A stretch of DNA of 64,000 nucleotides from Phallusia mammillata (taxonomy: Eukaryota), in NCBI GenBank assembly GCA_965637545.1, contig OZ281495.1:24738001-24802000 (forward strand). The letters run 5' to 3'. Below the pieces are notes generated by a model. The model saw only the letters and a list, made by a program, of their open reading frames with translations. It did no database searches and was not told the DNA's origin. The position numbers and the translations under genes were made by a program. Position 1 is the stretch's first letter, and each line of letters starts with the position of its first letter. Positions 1 through 12,500 of this stretch are shown here, in pieces.

Positions 1-303
1 TAGACACAAGTTTTGACCTTTACGAATAGATTGTAAACTATGAGGAAAATCAAATTTCTTTTTGACTATAATTGACAAACGACATGTACACGCTGACGGT
101 CGTTGGTGGATAAAGGGTCCTTTTTCGGCCCACAATACAAAAAAGGTTGCATGTGCAACCCTTATCTACCTTTTAGGTCTAAAAATCACATAAATTGAAT
201 ATGAATGGTCAACATAACAATATAACCTTGTTTCAACTCAAAAATATCTATAAAATATATTTCACCTAAAAAAATAAATCCCGGGTCACACGAACTCTCT
301 TAG

Positions 304-523
304 GTCTTTCGGGTTCATCAACCATTGCTTCGGATTTCGCTGTTCTGTCTGGGGAAGCGACGCTGGATGCTCTTGTGTTTGTGGGATCTCCCTCTCAATT
401 CAAGATGGCGGATCGCACGAGCGCCGATGATCTCGTACACGTTTACGTCGAGTCTGTTCAAGCACATTCCTTCTCCAACTTCCGCACAAGCAATTCCATA
501 ATTCATCTGTCTGACAGACACAG
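304..523 (+). CDS. giant repeat protein exon 1 (in window)
   Basis: tag|..|gtaaac; LSGSSTIASDFAVLSGEATL; phases 1/2. Confidence 0.8.
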
Positions 524-3500
524 GTAAACTATAGCGTTTACTGTGTTATACATAAACGAAATCCTGGAATTTTCATAATGAAAGCTTTCGATTTGCCGAC
601 ACTCAATGATGTACGTAAAAATAGAATGATTTGAATACTAGTGAAGCAGCTAAGATGAAAATATATTCATACTGGGATCAATTCTAAAGCGATTATGCAG
701 ACCGGCATCTAGAAACCATGGTACGCCAGGCCCATTGAAGGCGTTATACCGCAAGTGTTTTCTGACCTGTTCCTTGCCATATGGGAATGCTTGGAAGACC
801 GGCTTAATTCGGTATAACGCCTTCAATGGCCCTGGCGTGCTATAGTTTGCTAGTGAAGCAGTGTGAAAGAAAGATATCAAAGACGTTTGGTTTGAAATAT
901 TAGTCAAAAAATATGTCTTAAGTTGAAATATCCAAATTCAAATTCTGATTTTAACTAGTTTAGCCTTAATACTAATTTTTGTTCAAAGGTTTTACCTCGA
1001 AACGTTGTCAGCTGGAAGCACAGAGACCGTTTTCTCATTGCCAGTCAATGTTGAGGTTTACTTGGGTGGTGCTCTGCTTCTTCCAACATCCAAACCGACT
1101 TTACTTGTGGAAAGTGGACGTCGATTGAAGTGGTGCGGAGGTGCTGACGGATTTACGAGTCTGCTTATTGCTAGTAGTTCGACAGTTGAAACCGACTTCC
1201 CCGCACACACTGGAACTGATATTAGAGACCAAGGTGAGGATTGACTGCTTTTGTGGGTGTTACTGGGAAAGTTTGGCAGATATAAGGTTCCACATAGTAA
1301 TCCAAAACCCAGGGTAGAAAATCTCAGGGCAAAGAAATAACCGTAACGACTTTCTTATGGAATAAATCTCATAACGGCTGATTGAGTTTGGCCTAAGATT
1401 TTGGATTATGGTAATGTAAAATAAAACAGTTATCACTTGGGAACTTTATACTGTGGGGGTTGATTTCAATACAGACAACAACTTTGTAGTATTAATGCAA
1501 ATCTGGGCTAAATGGCTTCATGTTTTAAGTGCGACATATACGGTTTTAAATTAACCGCGAAAATAAATACAAGTAAAAGGATCTAAATATTTCGACAAAT
1601 GCTGTTGTCACCATTATCTTGAATTATGAAACGAAAAAAAGTCCACAGCTGTAATTCTTACGTTTATTATGTGTAGTTCTTTATATACCTTGTAAATCAT
1701 GTGGATAATACTTCAAATTCTGTCAAAGTTTTAGTATCTCTACTGATACTCAAATGTCCATAGTACTAAAGTAAGTTCCAAGTCAAGCCAAGAGTTAATA
1801 TAATTGTTTTCGTTCAAACGTAGGTGTCATCCAACTTACCAATATAACTGTAATGGAGGGCGGTCGGCTCATCCACTCAACCACTTGTGGTGACAACCCG
1901 ACCAACAGACAGTTGAATTTCAAAATATCGGATACAATGGAAATTGATGCCAGCGCGACGGCCGACGATTCATCCTTTAACATCGAGGCTAAGCGACTCC
2001 TGACGACCAACACGGAGACTGTGATTGGCCTTCCCACCGGAAATATATGCCCCGCGACCAATTTGAGTCATGAAGTCACAATTCCAGTGGTCGAGTGTCC
2101 GAATGGCGAATACAACTGTAGCTTGTGTGTCGCCTGTCCCGGAGGCAAACTGGCCGAAGCTGGGTAAGCATAGTTTTAATTTTTATATTTGTTAATTGGC
2201 TACCAAATTGTATTGGGCTTGGTGAAAAAACTAAAATCGTAACTGTTATACTTACTAATAGAATTTATGTTAATGAATTATAAAGTTAGCAGACGGGCTT
2301 ACTTTAAAACCAATACATGTCATCGGTAGCATAATTGCTAGAAAAATACAAGTTAAGTTTTTTACCCTAACAACATGGGACACTTTATGGTAATTCGACG
2401 ATTTATTATTTACGAATGATGACAAAAAAACACTAATTTTGATACCTTGAAGTTAAAGTAACACATAATCACAGCAATGACAAATCATACACCAAAAGCT
2501 TTGATTTATTATAAAACGCACAGTTTACAAGTTTGCTTCAATTTATTCAGGGAATACGGAACTGGCGCTGCGATTTGTGGCTCCTACGTCAATTGCGACT
2601 ACACCACTCTAACTCTGCGCTATGCTGTGTTCTGCAACCTCAACAACCGCGATTATGATTTGACCGAGCTTAACCTACTTAGCGGATCAAGGTAACTAAG
2701 AATGCACCACATAATCTTGTTTCAATATATAAGCTGTTGCTGCCAGGCATAATTTCAACTATAAAGAACTCTTCTGGCAATTGAATTAAAATACAATAAA
2801 TTATAGTTGATGGACTTGATTGTGTATACCAGTGGTTCTCAAACTGTGCGTCGCGACGCCCTGGTGCGTCGTTTCAATTTTCCAAGGGCGTCGCAAAAAA
2901 GTTTTGTTTCGTAGCTTTTTGTTGTTGTATCAATAAACCCGACTTTAATAATAAGTTTCCTCATTAACTTTTATTTGCTGGTGCGTCGCAAGTCCAGAAA
3001 AACTTGTCCAGGGGCGTCGCAACAAAAAAAGTTTGAGAACCACTGGTGTATACAGTAAAAAAACGTGTTATTGTCTTTTAGGTTAAACGTGAATGCCTTG
3101 GGAACTCCCGCAACCTTAAACTTCGACACTTTTACCGTGAATTACGGCAGCCGAATTATTATCACAGCTAATCAGGTGGGTAAAACTTTGAAGTTGAAAC
3201 GTAACTTTCTTGAGAACTTTTTAAAGATAAGCGCTCTATTATTGATTTTTCTTATATTTTAAATTAGAACTATTTAAATGTTTATAAAATTGGTATATTT
3301 TACCATTAAAGGCTACTACTTAAATATATTTTAAAAAGGTGGTGATGGCTGTTACTGTAACAGGCCATGCGTCATTCTGAATAAATGCATTTTGGTTAAT
3401 TGAATTTACTATTGCGTCTTATAAAGTGGGTGAAACCGTGCAAATGAATTGTTATAAAATCGGATACAAAAACTTTTGTGGTGCTGCTAGTTTACTTTTA

Positions 3501-6500
3501 AATTAAAAATTATGGTAAATACAACCATTAATTTAATATAATACAAACGATTCTGACTAATTTCATGCCAAGTTAATGCATACTCGTGTACAAAAAAAAT
3601 GAAATTGGGAATGCGATTACCAGAATCGTCTTTATAACCTATTTGAATCGTTTTCGATTTTCGTGTGCAATAGACCTAAACTATAGAAAACTGGCTTTGC
3701 AGGACGTAAAAATAACAACCAAAGGAGCAATGCGTATTGACGGCCTTATCTACTTTGATCCACAATCAAGCGATGCCACACTCACTCTTGAAGCCCCTGC
3801 ACTAATCGGCCACGGTTCAATCATGTCCACCACTTCGGCATCAATCAATGTGAAACTCACAGAAGCCCCGCTCACTGGCACCACCAAGTGGGATCCGTTC
3901 CGTGGAAAGTTTAACACCAATGGTGGCACAGTCTTGATCGAAGAGCCCGAATCCTCAGGCGGCACCAGGGTGAAGGTCATTTTTGACGGACCGGGTACCT
4001 TTGAGAGAACCTTGCCATCGGAAACGACCAGCATTATTCTGCGGGAAAACGCGCACCTGATCCTTGCGAGCCGTGATGCCTCCGCTCCTGCTATTACCGA
4101 GTTGGGAGGAGATGGCACCGGAACCCTTGAACTAACAGGTCTGAAATTGTTGCAGTTGCTGTGATATTGGTGACGTTAATTAGCCATTATCTTGTCAATA
4201 ATATACTTGGGAATTTGCATTTTTTAAGGTTATTAAGTTTGAAAAATTAGCCAAAGATTTTGTTATATAATGTGCATCGTCTGAAAAGTATTCCATCATA
4301 AAACAGTATTATTTGTATCAGTGGATTAATTCGAAAACATTTCCAATTGTCACCAACATGCAAAATTCGTTTCCTTCTTTATGTGTCTTTTTTAGGTGAC
4401 GGTACGCAACTTACCATCGCTGGTCCCAGCTCCGGGGCAGCAGTCGTCACATCCAAAATCGTGATTGACGAATCAGCAACAGTCGCTTTTGTGGTCCCTG
4501 GAACCTCACCTGAAGCATACGCCGACGCCAGTGTTATCCACGCTACCGTCCGCGGGACTTTGATCGCCAAATCCCTGCTGATTCGCGCCGACGGCCTGGT
4601 CTCGCTTAACAGTCCCACATCTTCGGTTTGCGTTGAAAGCGTCGAGTTGAAGCAAGATTCTGTGCTTTCAATGGCTGAGAAGTCACGCCTCGGAAAATGT
4701 GAAAGTGGAAGTGCAGATAATACAACCACTGTAGATATTGTGGGCGACCTGACCATGCGTTATTTCTCCACCTTCGAGTTTGTCTCTTCTTCGGCTCTTA
4801 CCAACGCCATTGTTACTACTGGTGGTGACATCAGGCTGAAGGACGGGGCACGGTAGGTTAAAATGTGCTTGTAAATTATGTAAAATGACTAGTTTTTGCC
4901 CAATACGAACTTATAAAATGCACTTAAAAAGGACTTGAAAATTAACATACACAAAACGTAAAACCTTTGCCGTTGAAACTAAGGTTACCAAAACGATTTT
5001 TAAAACGCTTTCACAACGAAATGTATCCTTATTTATCAAACATAAATACTTCGGACGTTAAAAAAATTAGGTTCTTTTCGTGTTGTAAACGTTTTTAAAC
5101 AGCATACTAGAACAAAAACGTAGGAATATGTACCCCAAAAATGTAAACTATAACTTAAAACACTACCAACAGCTAAATTGTTAAAAACTCTTGCTCTTGT
5201 AAATAATAAAACTGCTGTAAGAGCAATACTCATTAATACATTATGCCTGGCAGCATCATCTTGTTTAGCTAAATTGTTGGTTCGATGTAGAATGAAGATC
5301 GGCGATGCGAGCCACAAAGTGCACGGAATCAAAGTAACATGTCGGTCGTTGTATGTCGATGCTGGTGCTTCCATATCAGCTGACGGAGTGCTAACCTCAT
5401 CTTCTGAAGTTGTCGAGGACGATGTGGACCTTCTGCTCTCCATAGAAGACGACCAAACCACCACCATAAGGTCACAGAGCTGGGATGCTGGCTTCTTACA
5501 AATTGTCGCAAGTGACCTGGTACAACTCGGTGGCAATTTGGCAGCCAGTGGAGCTTCACTAGCAGGTAAGTTTGTGAGATGGGATAAGGTTATATTTTGT
5601 TAAATGACTTGTAATCTGGTAACTGGTTAAGTGGCATTTGTAATTGGAAAGTAGCATTGGTAATTGTGTTTGGTAACTGGTTAAGTGGTATTGGTGGCGG
5701 TATCTGGTAACTGGTTAAGAGTTATTGGTTTTTTTTAGTTTAGTAAGTGATTAAGAGTCATTTGAATATTTGGCACGTCACGTGTTCTGTTCGTTGTGAC
5801 GCAGTACTTATTTTCACACTCATGACTGCAACCGCGATTTGAACGTGTGCACAAGATTCCTCAATAACATTATGCTAAAATTTGTTTTGACATGGAAGTT
5901 CAAAGAGACAATAAAATCTACTCACTTTTCTGGCAGCCACAAATAAATCACTAATAAAGTATGTATATAGTAATAAGTTGCATTGACAAACACAAGTAAA
6001 AAGAATCAATCAACTGAACAAACGCAGTATTATATAAGAAAATCCAATATTTGACAGGATCAACATCAGTGGGTGGAAGAGGTGGAAAAGTAAGCATCCA
6101 AGCAAGATCCTTGGAGGGACATGGAAACATCGCAGCATCCGGAGGAGACGGAAGCAATACTAACGGAGGAACCGGAGGAAGAATTGAAATCCGCATCGAT
6201 TCCACCCTGGATAAATATACTGGACATTTTGAAGCAGTTGGCGGTTTCTTGAACAGCAATAAAGATATCAGGTACAACATGATTTACTGCGGCATATTTG
6301 TGTATAAATTCTCAGTTTGGGTTTGTAGAAACCAGTGCGTTTGAACAAAATGTATAAACAACTTTTTTTTTCAAATTGTAAAAACAAATTAAGATTAAGA
6401 GCATTAATACAAAAATGAAAAACACGGCAAAACAGGTTTAAAGTATGTGTACGCTCATGTATGAAAGGTAAGGTTAAGGCAAGATATATCAGCGCTAATT

Positions 6501-9500
6501 ACGTGGCAACCACATAGTAAAAAGAACTAAGTTTTCTTTAATTTACACTCAACGTCGTTATATTTACTATATCGTTACATAACGTTATCTTTATTCAGTT
6601 AACATTGTATTCTAAATAAACGCATAAACTCAAAGCAAAGGGAAATACACAGTTGGATTTGATAAGTGTTTTGTTTGTAGTTATATTCTGTAGGTATAAG
6701 TGAACTATATATTACTTATTTCAACCAAAACATTTTCGCAGAGCCGCAGCTGGAATAATATACCGGTCGTATCTCTCATCGTTCGAAACGCGAGTTACCG
6801 ACCTTCGATTTGACAACAAACTCTCCAGCACAGACTCTCCTTCATCATCATCAGACTGTCCCTCATCCGAGCTCTTTACCACCAAACTCTCATTAAAGTC
6901 TTCTCTCGCAGTCGACGGTGTTGTCTCCTTCACTCAAATGACCATAGCGTCCGGCGCAAGAGTCCAGTTACAAGTGGACGGTTCGAAACTGACCACCGAG
7001 TCCCTGACTGGCAACCAAATGGGTCAGCTGATTCTGCCAGCCAATCAGAGTTTCGAAATCAAGAGTGACGTCGACTCACGTAGCGATTACGTCATGCCGT
7101 GTGCGGTACGTGTGGATGTGGGAGCGATGCTTGTTGTTCCAAATCGGTTAAGGATTTCCGAGTCGACCTCTAGCGCTTGCAGTTGTAAATACGATATGGA
7201 GCTACGTGGTAAGCTGGCTGGAGTCAGGTACCTCACTGTTGGTAACAGCGCTCGTACCCTATTCGCCACCACAGCAAGCGTTTTGGTTTTTGCCGACGAC
7301 ACCAGCACCACCGGAGAAAAGATTACGCTGTCGGCCCTTACTTTGCTTCCAGAGTCGACTCTTTCTCTTGGCGTTGAAGTCATCTACGACAAAGTGGTTG
7401 TGCCTTCAAACCAGGTCACTCTCGAGGTGTATGAGTCTTTGGACGTACGGTACGGGGCGACGCTCCTGTCTTCAGATCTGTTTATCCAGACACCGAACAT
7501 CACTGTATCCTACGGCGGTCGCATATCTGTGGACGGCTTCGGTAACATACCAGGACATGGACTAGGATCCTACCCGGATTCGAATACCGATTTAGTGCGC
7601 GGTGGTAGCCACGCTGGCTGCGGCGGTGTTTCGGATCCCAAGGGTTCGACTGATATCGCTTCGTGGTGCAAAGTGTACGGTGATGTGAAAGCTGCGAAAT
7701 TGCCTGGAAGTGGTGGTGAAAAGTATACCACGGGCCCTGGTCTGCTTTGTGACGCTGCCGTTGACACAGACGAAGCTTGTGGACTGAAGGCTAAAGCTGG
7801 ATCAGGCGGAGGCCGCATTCTTATCGACGCCACTTACTTGCGAATGGACGGTGTTGTCAGTAGCAACGGAGAGCAAGGTCATATCGGTACAGATGTGAAA
7901 ATCGGAGGCGGAAGTGGAGGTTCTGTTCATATCACAATCAGCGACACTTTCAGGGGCACTGGATCTTTTGAAGCCGCTGGCGGACACGGCATTGTTGACC
8001 AAAGCGGAAGGCTTGGAGTGGGTGGCGGTGCTGGTGGCCGGGTTTCTATTGTCCTAACTACAGCTTCTCTCTTCACTGGCACGTACTCTGTGCACGGAGG
8101 TAGTCTGGACTCTACAGCTCGCTCTGGTGGCCCTGGAACCATCTTTATCGAAGACAGAAGAGTGAATGAAGATACTGGTGTGAGATCCGTTTACAAAGTC
8201 CTGATTATTGACAACTTGCCAGTTGAAGCGTCTGACAATGGTTTGTACTCAACTGTTATATATTTGCTAGAATTTGACAAAATTATCATGAAATGTATGT
8301 AACATAGGCGGAATCAAGAAGGAAACAACTGAAGATGTTTACGACCCCACTGTTCAACGCCCTGTTATGATTTTGAACGAAACTGTTGGGAATGGCGTGT
8401 ACGATTACGACGACTTGTTCGTTTTAAGTTCGGTGCATTTGCTGATTGAAGGAGTTGATGTGACTGCAAGGGTATGTTACCAATCGAGTGGGTTAAAAAG
8501 GAATATTTTCCCCTGTGGCGACCATATTAAGTTTATGCACAGAACCTGCTTTTCTAGTTTTTCCTACTGTTATTTATCACCCAAACCAGTAGTTCTCAAA
8601 CTGTGCGTCGCGACGCCCTGGTGCGTCGTTTCATTTTTTCCAAGGGCGGCGCAGAACAGTTCCGTTTCGTGGCTTTTTGTTGTTGTATCAATAAACACAA
8701 CTTTAATAATAAGTTTCCTCATTAACTTTTATTTGCTGGCGCGCGTCACAAGCCCAGAAAACTTTTCCAGAGGCGTCGCAACAAAAATAAGTTTAAGAAC
8801 CACTGACCTAAACTAAGCATAACATTTTTGTGGTAAACTTAAATTCCGTGGTGTCAAATTTTACTTCCACAAAGAACCTATAACTTAGGTGTTTATCCAC
8901 GTTTAGTGGCGTTTTGGGGTTCCACGGTGAGATAAACAACTTTAAGGTACGATATTTTTAAGTACCAAAGTTCACCTTATTTGGCACATTTTGCTAAATC
9001 CTTATTCTTGCAGATTGGTTAATTTCTTAACACGCTTGTTACCAACACTTTACTCAAGTTGGCACCTTAGATATGGAGTGAAGTAACACTTTCGATTTTT
9101 TTGTCGCAAAGGTAAAACGGCTGCACAGCGAAAGTTCAGCTTTGATCGAATTGCAAGATGACCAGATTCTAATACTTGAAGACAATCCTCTGAATCAAGT
9201 TCTGTCGTGCAGCCTGCACCTTTCAGCTGGTGCAGAACTGAGACTTCCTCCATCTGTTGCCATGCAAGGACCGGATAACAAGATAGCAGGTAACAGAGGG
9301 AATTGTTTTAGTAGATACCGTATTTGGACATCCGTTTGTAATACAAATAAAACTAAACACTAAAAAAGGCCGAAAAAAATTAAGAAAATTAAAAAAGGAA
9401 CGGCTTTATGAGTTTTGTTAAAGACAAGATTTTGTTTTGTACAAAAAATACAAGACTTAGATGTAAACCTATGATAAAGAGCTCAATATAAGTCCATTGT

Positions 9501-12500
9501 TTCATTTAGTAACTTACATAATTTATCTAATTATCGTTTTGTGTACCACAGGTCTTTTGACCAATGTGTTTGAGATGGTGGTCAGCAGTGGTCAGTCGGT
9601 TGCCTTCTCCGGCACTGGACGAACTGGCACATTTGTGGATGGTCAGTACGGTTCACTGACCAAGCCTGGAGTCTACGCATTTTCCAAACTTACCATCAAG
9701 GATCTCGCCACTGTTATGTTCGATCAAGGAGAAAACTCAGGCACCGAGAACCCAATGAGAATAGGTACGTGTATTCATGAGTTTGGAAAACAGAGTTTGC
9801 TATTGATATGTGGCACAAAGGGTTAGCAAATATTCAAAGCAAAACTCTGCAAAAATGCGAAAGACAAATAACAACAAAATTAACTGAAAAACTTAGCTTC
9901 TGATCTTAAATTTAGTTAAGGTTAGGAATAAAGTGTTTTAAAACGCTGTACTTGTTTAACTGGTAATTCAAATACCTGTGCTTTTTACGCCATCTATCGG
10001 TATTTAGCAAACTTTGTGTGGTCTGTGTCCTTTCTTCAGTATCTCTACGATTGTGCTTAGTTTTAATAAACCTTACTATATCGTCATATTTTGAAACCAA
10101 CATAGCAGTTCTAATCTGAAATGCTACAGGCACGTTAAAATTGTTCAATACTGATAAGATAGATCTCTTAAATGTTTTTACCACCTATATTGCTATTAGG
10201 GATGCGCCGAGCCGAGCCAGAACCCGAGTACTCGGTACCGAGCATCGCTATTTTTGATGCTCGGTGCTCGGCCGAGCAGTTGCACAAACTGACCCGAGCA
10301 TTAAATTTGCATATTCATGCCCTGCTAACATAGGTAACTAGTGTTCGAAAGGGTGTCTATGAACAAAAACAAATGATTTTTCAAATGTATTAGATTGTTG
10401 AAAAACGTGTACTTCTGAGGCCTGTACAGCTTAATACACCGCTGGTGACGTAAGAGGCCTTGTAGAGCTAAAACTTAGAAAGGGGATTTTTTGTGACGTC
10501 ATAATGCATCAAGCGTGCTCGGCCGAGCACCGTGCATTAACGTGAGATGCTCGGTGCTCGACCAAACAGAACATTTGCAATTTTGGCACATCCCTAATTG
10601 CTATACTTACCGCTTGTTTTGTAGGTTCCTTGGAGATATTCTATGGAGGACGGCTGCTCGGTAAAATCCTGGCTATCCAAGGTAACGACATGACGCTTCA
10701 TGCTGGTTCTTCCATCGATGTTTCGGGAGGTGGATTTGAATCAGGCCTTGGTCCTGGTCGCGGATCGCAGGTATATACTTTAGAAGTACTAAAGGAATGT
10801 CTTGAGTCAGCCCTTCTGGAAATATATGACAAGCATTCAACGGATAATAACACACGGCAGAGTTGTTAACGGGCCTGAAATTGGAGCCCGAACCCAGCCG
10901 GAAAGCCGGCTTTCGGGCCCGTTTAGGCCCGTAAGTTTTCTTTACAGGAAAGACTAAGACAACAAACACAAGAGACATCTGGTCTTGAACAAGGCGTTTT
11001 ATGGCTGTTTGCCAACTGGCTACTTAGCTAGTTAAATAAATTGTGTGCCCGCTTCAAAAACACAATCCATCAAGACCAATATTTAAACGTCTAAAACCTG
11101 CCCTTTTTGACTATTAGTATTATTAACACATTTGTAGATTAACAACGTTGGATTTGGAGCTGGACATGCGGGTTATGGAGGTTATGATCCAAACTCAGAC
11201 CCACAAACACCTGGAGCATGGTACGGTCAATTATCATCTGTTACACAACCTGGAAGTGGAGGAGGAAAGTCATCTACAGGAAACGGAGGAACAGGAGGAG
11301 GACTTCTCACTATTGTAGTCAGCAATGTATTGGAACTTGAAGGTATGTGAACTGTTAAATTTTACCATTGATTTGCGTACGCCATTTCTCGGTTTCTGTT
11401 CGGTTAAGTTTGCCTATTTTATTTCTATTTGGCCTGTTCTTAAATTAAGCTTGCAATGGTTAAACGGTAACTTATATTACATGAATAAATAGAATAACTG
11501 CAGGATTTAAAGTGATAGAAATAGTAATGATATAATTTTGCCACTATAATCTGTGGTTCAAAACATCATAGTCGGCAACGAAAACATAGTTAACGAGTAA
11601 TCTAGAATCTTAAACATAAATACAGCACATTTTTATTATTTGTTGTTAGGAACTGACATGGTTTTGAATCTCGTTTGGCACAACGTTTTGACTTGTTAGG
11701 CAATCAATTTTTTTCTAGTTTATTTTGTTTAAATCAAGTTTTTTTATGGGCAAAAATGTCGCCTACCCGTAGACAGGTTAAAGCATTTTTATCTGTAACA
11801 CTTTCATGTGGAACTGTAAATGCTTTACACTCAAAATAGGATCAATCATTTCTGATGCGACACACGGAGTTGCAGCGCACTCTGGTGGAGGAAGCGGGGG
11901 TGGAGTCTCCATTAAAGCTGATTCACTTACTGGACACGGTCACATGTCGGCTCGTGGTGGAAACGGAAACGGAGAAGGAACTGGTGGAAGTGGAGGAAGA
12001 ATTACTGTTGACTTGACACAAAAGTATGGGGTCTTATTGAAGCAATAGTTTGTGTTTGCCTGAGGATATTTACTCACGATAGACGAAATTTGATGGGATT
12101 AGTTGCAAATCTAGGAACAAATGGCTTACTAACCTGCAAGCTTTTAAAAACGTCCGCACAATGATCCATAACTTGAGCATAATGTGTTTCTGATCTTTAC
12201 TAAGTTAAACATAGACGCTGTTTATGTTATAACATGAAACCAATCAGTTTGTAAATTTTAAGCATGTGCGCATCTGTGAAACGTGCTCTAAGCAGAATTT
12301 CCAAATGTCTTTTTCGCTGGTCATTCTGCATAGCCATGCGTTGAAAATATACTGCTTAATCATGTAAATAAAAGCTGCTGAATCACGTCTTAAAAATATA
12401 TTATTGCAATAACATACACCTGGCTTTGTTTAGATGGAGCTTCAAGGGAACAACTGCGCTTTCTGGTGGTAACAGTCCACTTAATGCTTACTCCGGTGCA

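Noticed and set aside
318-521. Minus-strand 67-aa ORF and the many other antisense ORFs over exons (e.g. 3750..4118, 4379..4756, 7087..8142, 57048..57663)
   Set aside because: They are shadows of plus-strand exons. The Pro/Ser/Thr-rich content is the reverse complement of Gly codons.
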